Part shown: one piece after another, positions 17,218 to 25,919 of the stretch
Layout: every line of letters starts with the position of its first letter
How positions within the stretch are numbered: position 1 is the first letter of the stretch
DNA from: a virus
Taxonomy: Duplodnaviria > Caudoviricetes
Direction: 5' to 3' (one strand)
DNA: 32,641 bases
IMG/VR virus record: IMGVR_UViG_3300037483_001801
Location: 1 to 32,641 of that record
Notes under the pieces: model-generated
Told to the model about the DNA's origin: nothing
The model's input: only the letters and a program-made list of their open reading frames with translations
Database searches by the model: none
Position numbers and translations under genes: made by a program

Positions 17218-18246
17218 GTGCTGAGCTATCTCGCAGGATTTCAGCGTTCATTGCAGGTCCTAGAGGGGCTCAGCCCCGCGACGACGCATGCCTACAGCTG
17301 GAAAGTCCGTGAGTTCCATGCCTGGCTCGTTGGAAACGATGTCCCCGCCGTCCCTGCTGAAATCACGCGCCGGCACATCGAGCTATACCTGGAACACTGC
17401 TTTTACCGGGGCAACTCGAACCAGACCCGACACACCAAGCTTACCGCCCTCGGCAAATTCTTCCGGTACCTGAAATACGAAGGGACCGTCTCCGAGGATT
17501 TCACTGCCGAGATCCCAAAGCCCAGGATCCACGTAAACCGGATACAGAAATTCACCAAGATCGAAGTACTTTCCTTTTTCCGAGCTATCGATATCGGAAC
17601 GGAAAAAGGCCGCCGCGACGTCGTGATCTTCATCCTGGCCGCTTTCTGCGGCCTGCGCATCGGAGAGATCTGCAAACTCAGGATCGGCAACGTGATCGAC
17701 GACGGAAAAAACATCGACATCGATATCTCCGAGGACATCGGGAAAAAACACTCTATCAGATCAATCTATCTCTGGAAAGTCCCCGGAGAATACGTTCGCT
17801 CCTATGTCATCCAGCGCCTCTCCCAGGGAGCGAGAATACAAGACACCCTACTGGTGAGCTACAAACACGGCCGGCCCTCGAACAAGCCGCTCACCGCCTG
17901 CGCCATAGACGGCCTGATCAAGAAATATGCCGACAAAGCGAGCATCCGGAAGCCCAAAATCTGCTGCCACATGTTCAGGGCAACACACGCTTCCGATCTC
18001 CGCTATATCCGAGGATATGACTCGGCCGCAATCGCCGGCAGGATGGGGCATTCAAACATCGCCACCACAGACCGATACCTCCCCGAACGCGGGCGTATTC
18101 ATAAAATTTATCAGTCCTTGGCTGTCTACTGGAAAGAGTTCAATCACATCTGGGATAAAGGAGAAGCGCATGATCACAACAGCAGCGCCGGCAACACTTC
18201 CGGCCACGATATTCAGGGAGGTAACGCAATTGACGGACAAACCTGA
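17218..18246 (+). CDS. Tyrosine recombinase (XerC/D-like, with N-terminal SAM-like domain)
   Basis: LSPATTHAY...ALGKFFRYL N-domain; CGLRIGE, HMFR, MGHS, TDRY catalytic motifs. Confidence 0.93.
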   Translation: MLSYLAGFQRSLQVLEGLSPATTHAYSWKVREFHAWLVGNDVPAVPAEITRRHIELYLEHCFYRGNSNQTRHTKLTALGKFFRYLKYEGTVSEDFTAEIPKPRIHVNRIQKFTKIEVLSFFRAIDIGTEKGRRDVVIFILAAFCGLRIGEICKLRIGNVIDDGKNIDIDISEDIGKKHSIRSIYLWKVPGEYVRSYVIQRLSQGARIQDTLLVSYKHGRPSNKPLTACAIDGLIKKYADKASIRKPKICCHMFRATHASDLRYIRGYDSAAIAGRMGHSNIATTDRYLPERGRIHKIYQSLAVYWKEFNHIWDKGEAHDHNSSAGNTSGHDIQGGNAIDGQT

Positions 18247-18652
18247 GTGGGGAGCGAGCAGAAAACTATTGAACAGGCTTTTCGAGGGCTACTACAGAGA
18301 TTATGGCGAGGAGGCCGGAGGCCGGATCGTCAAGGCGATTATCGACATCCTGGGCGGCTGCCGGATGACCGTTCCTGAACGCTCCTGCAACTCCAGCAAC
18401 GGCCGCGAGATGTGGTCCCTCTATTGCTATCTCTGCGACCTCTTCGGCGACGCTTCCGGCCAGGAGATCATGCGCAAGTTCATCCTCGAACTGAAAAGCC
18501 GCCGCATCTCCTTCCCCGATCACCAGGACCTCTACCGCGAGGAGCGAAACCGGAAAATCCGCACCATGTTCACCGGCGACAATTACAAAGAACTCTCCGT
18601 GATCTTCGACCTCGACATCAGCCACGTCTGGCGGATCGTGAATGAGGATTAA
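18230..18652 (+). CDS. Mor/C-family transcription activator (start 18230 TTG or 18170 ATG)
   Basis: GG..MTVP and RNRKIRTMFTGDNYKELSVIFDLDISHVWRIV Mor-type HTH. Confidence 0.85.
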   Translation: MTDKPEWGASRKLLNRLFEGYYRDYGEEAGGRIVKAIIDILGGCRMTVPERSCNSSNGREMWSLYCYLCDLFGDASGQEIMRKFILELKSRRISFPDHQDLYREERNRKIRTMFTGDNYKELSVIFDLDISHVWRIVNED

Positions 18653-18656
18653 TTTT

Positions 18657-18689
18657 CTGCCAGAGTATGCAATAATCTTATGATATAAA
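18657..18689 (+). promoter_or_regulatory. Putative activator-dependent late promoter, copy 1
   Basis: CTGCCAGAnTnnGCAA...TGnTAT shared without gaps with 30900-30932. Confidence 0.5.
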
Positions 18690-18713
18690 AAATCCAGACG
18701 CCGGTCGTTCACA

Positions 18714-18820
18714 CCCCTCCACGGGGCCTGTCAGCCCGGAATCTGTAAACTGGTTCAGGTCAGTCGGGAATCCGCAAGGAAACTCCCACATCCTGACAGC
18801 GAAAGATTTCGGGTTTTTTT
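18714..18820 (+). ncRNA. Structured leader/attenuator RNA ending in terminator-like stem plus U tract
   Basis: CCCGGAATCT/AGATTTCGGG + T7; nested GTCAG/CTGAC, GGGA/TCCC and TCC-GCAA-GGA. Confidence 0.55.
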
Positions 18821-18840
18821 ATTTCCCGGGAAGGAGCGAA

Positions 18841-19026
18841 ATGGACGTCAAAGAATGGAAGAAGCGCCTGGCCGATCTGCTCAAAGAAAACCCCGCCATT
18901 GACGACAAGCTTACCGGCAAGATCGAAATCAACCTAAGCGAAGGCGGCGTGACAAAACTCTATAAGATAGAAACCGCCATGGAAGCCGACGGCAAGGTCA
19001 AGGTAACAATCAAGACAGAACTATAA
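18841..19026 (+). CDS. Small hypothetical protein (61 aa)
   Basis: SD AAGGAG; TGKIEINLSEGGV motif. Confidence 0.75.
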   Translation: MDVKEWKKRLADLLKENPAIDDKLTGKIEINLSEGGVTKLYKIETAMEADGKVKVTIKTEL

Positions 19027-19045
19027 ACCGGTCAGTGGATAACCC

Positions 19046-19145
19046 GATACATCTATCCGGGCCCTGCAGCGGGATCCTCCCGGAGCTCTGCTACATTTAG
19101 CAGGCGGCCGGCTCCTCGATCAGCTGCCGGCACGATAGATCTATC
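19046..19145. repeat. Array C: three 12-bp palindromic repeats at 44-bp period; inverted homologue of the end of array B
   Basis: GATACATCTATC 19046, GCTACATTTAGC 19090, GATAGATCTATC 19134. Confidence 0.95.
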
Positions 19146-19156
19146 AGGAGCTATTT

Positions 19157-19195
19157 AACCCGAAGCGGCAATCCCCGTTTCGGGTTTCCGCTTTT
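19157..19195 (+). terminator. Hairpin/terminator candidate
   Basis: AACCCGAAGCGG/CCGTTTCGGGTT stem followed by TCCGCTTTT. Confidence 0.5.
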
Positions 19196-19211
19196 ATATG
19201 AGGATTAATAT

Positions 19212-19799
19212 ATGAACATAAGTAATATACCAGTCGGCGAACTCAAGCCCGCAGCTTACAACCCCCGGAAGATCGCCCGCCAGACGCTCCGGACCCTGAA
19301 GGCCAACATCAAAGAGTTCGGCCTGGTCGATCCCCTCATCGTCAACAAAGACATGACCATCATCGGCGGGCACCAGCGGTTCAAGGCGTGCCTGGAACTC
19401 GGGTTCACCGAGATGCCCTGCATCGTCCTGGACCTTTCCAAGTCAAAAGAAAAGGCCCTCAATCTCGCCCTCAACAAAGTCACCGGCGAGTGGGACAAAA
19501 AGAAACTCGAAAATATCCTGCAAGAAATCGACTCCCTCGACTTCGAATTCACCGGCTTCGACGAAGACGAGCTCGCCAAACTCATCGAAGACGTAAACGT
19601 CACCGCCCCGGAATACGACATCGCGCCCCGGCTCATGGAGGAATATAACTACATCGTCCTCTTTTTCCGGAACACGCTCGACTTCCAGGTCGCTGCCGAC
19701 CACTTCGGCCTCAAGATGCAGAAAGAAGACAAGCGCGAGAAGATCGGCCTCGGCAAAGTCACCGACGGCGCAGCATACCTCCGGCAGATCGGCAAATGA
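19212..19799 (+). CDS. ParB/Srx N-terminal domain protein (phage DNA-modification-associated type)
   Basis: LKPAAYNPR...FGLVDPLIVN..IIGGHQR..EKALNLALNK..GEWD. Confidence 0.88.
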   Translation: MNISNIPVGELKPAAYNPRKIARQTLRTLKANIKEFGLVDPLIVNKDMTIIGGHQRFKACLELGFTEMPCIVLDLSKSKEKALNLALNKVTGEWDKKKLENILQEIDSLDFEFTGFDEDELAKLIEDVNVTAPEYDIAPRLMEEYNYIVLFFRNTLDFQVAADHFGLKMQKEDKREKIGLGKVTDGAAYLRQIGK

Positions 19800-19869
19800 G
19801 CCAGGCCGTCTCCTTCTGCCTCGAAATGCAGATCCAGGGAAGAAAACACCTGGTAGTGGGTCAGTTTAG

Positions 19870-20094
19870 GACTACGACTTTTTCCTCATGTCCCTCTACT
19901 GGAAGCGCTTCATCTGGCGCGACGACCGCTATGCCTTCCTCGCCAAGCACTACACCAACAAAGGCGGCCTCTGCTCGCACCGGTCCACGAACAAAGAGAT
20001 CGAGTGCATCAAGATCCTCCAGCAGAAATTCGGAAAACAGGTCGTCGGGACAGTGAAGGATAAACCGTGGAAAGTAGTTATAAAGAAGCTTTAA
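19870..20094 (+). pseudogene. C-terminal remnant of a GREB1/TAGT-like glycosyltransferase
   Basis: (stop)DYDFFL....RDDRYAF...NKGGLCSHR...E....LQQKFG resembles the EDYD..GG..R C-terminus of these enzymes; no intact 5' part. Confidence 0.55.
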
Positions 20095-20101
20095 AAAAAA
20101 C

Positions 20102-20130
20102 TTGCATAACTGTTAAGCATTTGATATAAT
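20102..20130 (+). promoter_or_regulatory. Strong sigma70 promoter
   Basis: TTGCAT-17 bp-TATAAT with extended -10 TG. Confidence 0.8.
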
Positions 20131-20186
20131 TTGATCATCTTAAAGGCAAAGCGGGGCCTTAGACGCCGCGAAAGGAGGTCAACATC

Positions 20187-21410
20187 ATGGCCAAGTATGA
20201 GATCGAGTACAGTTGTGGACACACCGACACCATCCAGCTCTACGGAAAAACCTCGGAGAGGCATCGTTATCTAGAGTGGGCAAAAGACAATAAGCTTTGT
20301 CCCGAGTGCTGGGAGACTGCGAGGCTTAAAGAGCGCGAAGAAGCCAGCCAACAGGCGGCACAAGAGAACACAGACTTCGGTCTACTACCACTTACCGGCA
20401 CAGAAAAACAGATAGCCTGGGCCGAGACGATCCGTAAGGACAAAGCGACATCACTGACCTCCGCAGTCGCATCCTACGACGAGAAGGCTGCAAAAATCGC
20501 AGCCGATCCCTCTCTACTTCTGAAGCATAACGAAGCATATCAAAAAGAAGGGTTCGATGATTTTGAACATGCCTTATTCTGCGCCCGCGAAGCAGTTGAC
20601 GCCATTATGGGTGAAACATCGGCCCACTGGTGGATAGATCACCGCGATGATAACATGGGGCAGCTTATACTGAACAAGGCAAAAGAGGTTGCGAAGACCC
20701 GCAAGGATAGTACGCCGCAAGCCGTAGACGCCCAAATAGAGGCAACTGTGCGCCCGGAGAAACCTGTGACGGAAACTGTGGCCGAGATCCACATCCGCGA
20801 AAAGGTTGTCGAGGTTGTATTTCCCGAGAAGAGGGAAGACTTCCGGGAACTGGTCCGGTTCAAGCTCGGGTATTCATGGGATAAGGAGAAAACCCGCTGG
20901 GCGCGCAAGCTTGATCTGAAGAGCGGGGCTGCAGAACATCGCGCTGCCGAACTCGGACACAGGCTTCTTTCTGCCGGGTTCCCAGTTCGCATCTTTGACG
21001 AGTCTGTCCGGGGTAAGGCTGTCAACGGCGAGTACGAGCCGGAATGCCACCGGTGGATCATGAAGCGCACTGCAGGGGAGAATGCCGGATGGTTCTCGAT
21101 CTCCTGGCCGAAAGATGAAGACTTCTATAAGGCCGCAAAGAAACTACCAGGCAGCCGCTACAGTAAGCCGGACGTTGTAGCCCCCCCTGAGCAGTTCGAG
21201 CAGATCCTCGATTTCGCCGAGATGTACGGGTTCAAGCTTTCTCCCGGTGCCCAGGAAGCGGCAGATGCTGCACGTAAGGTAAAAGATGCGGCGCTTACAG
21301 CCAAAGTGGAAGAGACCCGCAACGATGCCAGCCCGCCTGAACCCGGCGAGAGGCCGCGTAGACTGGCAGTGCCGGAGAATGTCGAGGTGGCTGATGAATT
21401 TAAGGACTGA
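20187..21410 (+). CDS. Hypothetical protein (first gene of SNF2/IbrAB operon)
   Basis: 407 aa; CGH...CPEC, LTGTEKQIAWAETIR, AHWWID motifs; SD AGGAGGT. Confidence 0.85.
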   Translation: MAKYEIEYSCGHTDTIQLYGKTSERHRYLEWAKDNKLCPECWETARLKEREEASQQAAQENTDFGLLPLTGTEKQIAWAETIRKDKATSLTSAVASYDEKAAKIAADPSLLLKHNEAYQKEGFDDFEHALFCAREAVDAIMGETSAHWWIDHRDDNMGQLILNKAKEVAKTRKDSTPQAVDAQIEATVRPEKPVTETVAEIHIREKVVEVVFPEKREDFRELVRFKLGYSWDKEKTRWARKLDLKSGAAEHRAAELGHRLLSAGFPVRIFDESVRGKAVNGEYEPECHRWIMKRTAGENAGWFSISWPKDEDFYKAAKKLPGSRYSKPDVVAPPEQFEQILDFAEMYGFKLSPGAQEAADAARKVKDAALTAKVEETRNDASPPEPGERPRRLAVPENVEVADEFKD

Positions 21411-22809
21411 CCTTATGGTCCATCAGTCTGAGGCGGTCGAGAAGATGCTGCCGACGCGGATAGGCGCGTTGTTTATGGAGATGGGGACGGGCAAGAGCCG
21501 GACGGCGATTGAGATTATCCATCGCCGTCTTAGCCGGATCAAAAAAGTATTCTGGTTTTGTCCTGTCTCACTCAAGCAGACCATCCGGCACGAGATCCTG
21601 AAGCACACGGACTGCACGGATGCGGATGTCCACGTATTCGGTGATAAGACAAATGAGCGCACTGCGCCTGTATGCCTCTGGTACGTTGTCGGCATAGAGT
21701 CCATGAGCGCCTCAGCGCGAGTTGTCGTCACCGTTAATAAGCTGATCACGGAGGACAGCCTGGTAATTGTGGACGAGTCCAGCTACATCAAAGGGCACAA
21801 TGCCACGCGCACACAGAGGATCACGAAGCTCTCTGAGCGTGCCCGTTACCGGCTTATACTCACCGGCACACCCATCAGCCAGGGCGTAGTGGACCTTTAT
21901 GCTCAGATGCGCTTTCTTTCCCCTAAGATCCTGGGGTATCGGTCGTTCTATTCCTTTGCGGCAAACCACCTGGAATATTCTGAAAAGTTTCCTGGCATGA
22001 TCGTCCGCAGCCACAACCTGGAGTTCATTGCCGCCAAGATCAAGCCATATGTCTACCAGGTCACAAAAGACGAATGTCTCGACCTGCCGGACAAGCTCTA
22101 CGAGACGCGGTATTTTAGTATGACCGGGGACCAGCGCCAGGCATATGAGCAGGCGAAAGAAGAGATCATTCCGGAGATTGAGAACGATACTTTCGATTCG
22201 GTGACGATCTTCCGTCTCTTCATCGCCCTGCAGCAGATCGTATGCGGGTTCTGGAACCAGCACCGCAAAGGCCGGCCAGTAGATCGTCACGAATTCGACC
22301 ATCGTCGCACAGACGTGCTGATGGACACGGTTACAAGTATCCCGGAGAACGAACAAATTATCATCTGGACGAAATACAAGCACGACATCGAGGAGATCAG
22401 CGCCGCCCTGCAGGAGAAGTTCGGCGGGGACTGCGTTGCCCCTTTTCATGGGGCGCTGAATGAAAAGAGGCGGTCTGCCCAGGTGGAAAGATTTAGGGAC
22501 GGTTCACGGTTCTTCCTCGCCACACAGAGCTGCGGAGGGCACGGTCTCACATTGAACGAATCGCACTATGTGATTTACTATAATAACGCCTTCAAATATT
22601 CCGAGCGTCAGCAGTCAGAAGACCGCTGCCATCGCATCGGGCAAGAGCATAAGGTCGTTTACATCGACATCCAGTGCAGCGACAGCATAGACGACCGTAT
22701 TGCCAAGGCACTGGCCTCGAAGGGGAGCGTGGTCGAGCAGTTCAAGGCAGAGGTAGACAAGGTGAAGTGTCAGAAGGGTAAACTGAAAGACATGGTGAAG
22801 GCGCTATGA
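21394..22809 (+). CDS. SNF2-family helicase/ATPase
   Basis: MEMGTGKS, DES, LTGTP, GGHGLTL, QSEDRCHRIGQ; start MNLRTD. Confidence 0.92.
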   Translation: MNLRTDLMVHQSEAVEKMLPTRIGALFMEMGTGKSRTAIEIIHRRLSRIKKVFWFCPVSLKQTIRHEILKHTDCTDADVHVFGDKTNERTAPVCLWYVVGIESMSASARVVVTVNKLITEDSLVIVDESSYIKGHNATRTQRITKLSERARYRLILTGTPISQGVVDLYAQMRFLSPKILGYRSFYSFAANHLEYSEKFPGMIVRSHNLEFIAAKIKPYVYQVTKDECLDLPDKLYETRYFSMTGDQRQAYEQAKEEIIPEIENDTFDSVTIFRLFIALQQIVCGFWNQHRKGRPVDRHEFDHRRTDVLMDTVTSIPENEQIIIWTKYKHDIEEISAALQEKFGGDCVAPFHGALNEKRRSAQVERFRDGSRFFLATQSCGGHGLTLNESHYVIYYNNAFKYSERQQSEDRCHRIGQEHKVVYIDIQCSDSIDDRIAKALASKGSVVEQFKAEVDKVKCQKGKLKDMVKAL

Positions 22810-24125
22810 GCGGGAAGAAGATATATCAGGAGATCAATGTCTACGAGGCCGCACAGCAGCGGCTGAAGTTCATCTTCGACAACTTCGATAATATTTATGT
22901 CTCATTCAGCGGCGGCAAGGATTCCGGCATGCTGCTGAACCTCTGCATCCAATACATGCAGCGGCACGGCATCATACGGAAGATCGGTGTGTTCCATCAG
23001 GACTTTGAGGCCCAGTACACGGAGACGACAAACTACGTGACACGTATGCTCACATCTCCGGAGAACCTGCAATATATCACGCCGTACTGGTGCTGCCTGC
23101 CGATGTCCTGCAAAACGGCGACCTCGATGCACGAGCAGTACTGGACGCCATGGGAGCCGGCGAAGCGAGATATATGGGTCCGGAAGATGCCGGACTATCC
23201 CGGCGTGATCAACCTCGATAATCATCAGTTTGATTTCTACAAAGAGGGAATGCTGCAGGAGGATTTTTATGAGGCATTCACACCATGGTATCATCGGCAC
23301 GTAGGCGGCGGTAAGGGCAAGACCTGCGCGCTCGTGGGTATTCGCGCACAGGAAAGCCTGAATCGCTGGAGAGCAGTCACCAAAGGGCGGTATATGTTTC
23401 AGGGGGTAAGGTGGACCACCGGCTGTGAGCCGGACGTGTTCAGCGCCTATCCGTTGTACGACTGGACTGCCGATGACATCTGGATCGCCAACGCCCGGTT
23501 CGGATTCGACTATAACAAACTCTATGACCTGTTCTACTACGCCGGGCTGTCCATCCACGAAATGCGCGTTGCCAGCCCGTTCAACGACTGGGCTATCAGC
23601 AGTCTTAAACTCTATCGGGTAATTGAGCCGAATATATGGAGCAGGATGGTAGGCAGGGTCAACGGTGCGAATTTTACATCCATCTACGGCGGCACGAACG
23701 CCATGGCCTGGAAGAATATCAAGCTGCCGGAGGGGCACACCTGGCAGAGCTATGCAGAGTTCCTGCTCAAGAGCCTGCCGGAGGAGACGCGCAGGACGTT
23801 CGAAGAGAAGTTCAGCACATCGATAGATTTCTGGCTGAAAAGAGGCGGCGTGCTCTCGGATGAAACTATCGAAGAGTTGCGCCAGATGGGTGTTAAGATC
23901 ACCGAGCACGGCAAGACGAAATACAAAACCGACAAGCGGCGGGTTACGTTCGCGGAATATCAGGACGACCTCGATATCAAGGAATTCCAGAGCGTGCCGA
24001 CCTATAAGCGCATGGCGATCTGCATACTCAAGAACGACCACCTCTGTAAATACATGGGCTTCAGCCAGACGCAGAAAGAAGCGAATAAACGCAAAGAGGC
24101 CATGGCAAAGTACATGGCGCTTTAA
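22806..24125 (+). CDS. IbrA/YbdN-like PAPS-reductase + DUF3440 protein
   Basis: SFSGGKDS, DFEAQY, GIRAQESLNR, YPLYDW..DIW, MRVASPF, RVNGANF, ILKNDH.C. Confidence 0.9.
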   Translation: MSGKKIYQEINVYEAAQQRLKFIFDNFDNIYVSFSGGKDSGMLLNLCIQYMQRHGIIRKIGVFHQDFEAQYTETTNYVTRMLTSPENLQYITPYWCCLPMSCKTATSMHEQYWTPWEPAKRDIWVRKMPDYPGVINLDNHQFDFYKEGMLQEDFYEAFTPWYHRHVGGGKGKTCALVGIRAQESLNRWRAVTKGRYMFQGVRWTTGCEPDVFSAYPLYDWTADDIWIANARFGFDYNKLYDLFYYAGLSIHEMRVASPFNDWAISSLKLYRVIEPNIWSRMVGRVNGANFTSIYGGTNAMAWKNIKLPEGHTWQSYAEFLLKSLPEETRRTFEEKFSTSIDFWLKRGGVLSDETIEELRQMGVKITEHGKTKYKTDKRRVTFAEYQDDLDIKEFQSVPTYKRMAICILKNDHLCKYMGFSQTQKEANKRKEAMAKYMAL

Positions 24126-24137
24126 AAGGAGGGCATC

Positions 24138-24551
24138 ATGATCAGAAAATATATTCAGGGAGAAGGACAGGCCGGGGACCGCGAGTTATTCGGGCTGCTC
24201 GGCCTGTGGATCACGTCGAGGAAAATCAGCGAGACCTTGGGCTCGCCGATCCATAGCGACCAGGGAGACATCTGGCATGTGTTTATTGATCCTGCCGGAG
24301 CGCCGCTCGGTTTTGCATTGACACATATATTCAAGACGACCGATACCGCGCATATCCGCTTTCTGTTTGTCCCGTCAGGGATGCTGAAAATACAGGATGC
24401 GCTGCTTAAAGGAGTGATCGTGCTCGCTAAAGAGCACGGGCTGAAGAGCGTTTACACCTATGACCGCAAGGACAGTATATGGGAAAAAGCCGGCTTCAAA
24501 AAGCACAAGAAGCCCCGCAGCTCATTCTACAAGTGGGAGAAAAGTCTATGA
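24138..24551 (+). CDS. GNAT-like acetyltransferase-fold protein
   Basis: GFAL...HIRFLFV...LLKGVIVLA...WEKAGF pattern. Confidence 0.55.
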   Translation: MIRKYIQGEGQAGDRELFGLLGLWITSRKISETLGSPIHSDQGDIWHVFIDPAGAPLGFALTHIFKTTDTAHIRFLFVPSGMLKIQDALLKGVIVLAKEHGLKSVYTYDRKDSIWEKAGFKKHKKPRSSFYKWEKSL

Positions 24552-25057
24552 CCAGCCCGGCCTACAATATTATTGCGGTTCCAGTGGAGAAGATCCGGGC
24601 AAACGCCTACAATCCCAACAAAGTCGCGCCGCCGGAGATGAAGCTGCTGGAAATTTCCATATGGGAGGACGGCTATACCATGCCTATAGTCTGTTATTAT
24701 ATTTCCGGAGAGGATGCCTATGAGATAGTGGATGGATACCACCGGTATACTGTGATGCTCACAAGCAAGCGCATCCGCGAGCGTGAAAACGGCATGCTGC
24801 CGGTTGTGGTGATCGAGAAGGACATCAACAACCGCATGGCCAGCACCATCCGGCACAACAGGGCGCGCGGATCACACTCCATCGAGTTGATGAAAAATAT
24901 CGTGGCCGAGTTGGTGCAGTCCGGCATGTCCGACCAGTGGATCATGAAGCACATCGGCATGGATGTTGACGAACTGCTAAGGCTGAAGCAGATCACCGGT
25001 CTGACCGCATTATTCGCAGATCAGGAATTCTCGAAAGCGTGGGAGGTGGCCGAATGA
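24548..25057 (+). CDS. IbrB/YbdM-like ParB-domain protein
   Basis: ANAYNPNKVAPPEMKLL..SI..DGYTMPIV..IVDGYHR..ASTIRHNRARGSH. Confidence 0.92.
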   Translation: MTSPAYNIIAVPVEKIRANAYNPNKVAPPEMKLLEISIWEDGYTMPIVCYYISGEDAYEIVDGYHRYTVMLTSKRIRERENGMLPVVVIEKDINNRMASTIRHNRARGSHSIELMKNIVAELVQSGMSDQWIMKHIGMDVDELLRLKQITGLTALFADQEFSKAWEVAE

Positions 25058-25221
25058 AATGTCCGCACTGCAAGAAGGACATTTCGAACAGGCTCATTCT
25101 GAGCGAAGCCGCGAAGATACACAGGAAGAAGTCATCCGGACGCAAACTCACACCGGAAGAAGCGTCCGATATGGCGAAAAAGAGATGGGCGGAAGAGAAG
25201 AAAACAGGAGAAGAATTATGA
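25054..25221 (+). CDS. Small basic CxxC protein
   Basis: MKCPHC...AKKRW; ATGA coupling on both sides. Confidence 0.65.
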   Translation: MKCPHCKKDISNRLILSEAAKIHRKKSSGRKLTPEEASDMAKKRWAEEKKTGEEL

Positions 25222-25754
25222 TACAAAAATTTGAAGTCGGCAAGCCCTTTTATCTGCCGAACCCAGCTGGCATAAATGACAACGTCGTTGCTGCCGTCAC
25301 CGGCGAGTCTTTTGACATAATCTGCTGGGCCGGCGGGCTGAACCCGAAAGAAATCAAAGAGTGGCGAAAGGGCCGGCTGCATTACGGCGTATTTATCCAT
25401 GATGGTATTCCCTTCTTCCTGGTCGATTTCCCTGTGGCACATTGGAACTTTGATATCTCGATAAACATCCTGGCCGAGAAGGAGCACGGCAGGGATTATC
25501 AGGCGTTCCTCGACGGAAAGGGTAATATGGTCAATTTCTTCCTGGTGGATGCGAGGACAAACATACTTAAGGCCATGCGCATGATAGGCATCGAGGATGA
25601 TATTGCCGCCTCGATCAAGACGGCCTGCCGCGCCCAGATCGAACGATACCGAACGTCCGCGAACATTGGCATACAACTTAACCGCCTGATGGCGATATAC
25701 ACAACCGATGCCATGATCCGTGCTACCCATATGGTGCAGCATGTAGCGAGGTAA
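25218..25754 (+). CDS. Hypothetical protein
   Basis: ATGA overlap; SD AGGAG; LVDARTNILKAMR motif. Confidence 0.75.
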   Translation: MIQKFEVGKPFYLPNPAGINDNVVAAVTGESFDIICWAGGLNPKEIKEWRKGRLHYGVFIHDGIPFFLVDFPVAHWNFDISINILAEKEHGRDYQAFLDGKGNMVNFFLVDARTNILKAMRMIGIEDDIAASIKTACRAQIERYRTSANIGIQLNRLMAIYTTDAMIRATHMVQHVAR

Positions 25755-25799
25755 GCATTCCCCCTCCGTCCCCCCTCTCGCCCCTCCCCCATGATTTCC

Positions 25800-25857
25800 T
25801 CTTATAACCCTATGTAAAAAAACAATTTCCCGTCGGCGCACTGTCTGTGGGAGCCTA
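25800..25857 (+). repeat. 58-bp bipartite direct repeat, copy 1
   Basis: TCTTATAACCCTATGTAAAAAAAC-N17-CTGTCTGTGGGAGCCTA; second copy at 27703-27760. Confidence 0.9.
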
Positions 25858-25919
25858 TTATCACAGCATGGGTGAACGGTTGTTCACTTATAATATTTGC
25901 TGTGAGAGGAGGTGATTGA

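Noticed and set aside
16373-17224. 283-aa functional protein
   Set aside because: Translation reflects iterons and AT tracts (GQRGGRRGQKRG, FFFF); kept only as a possible filler ORF
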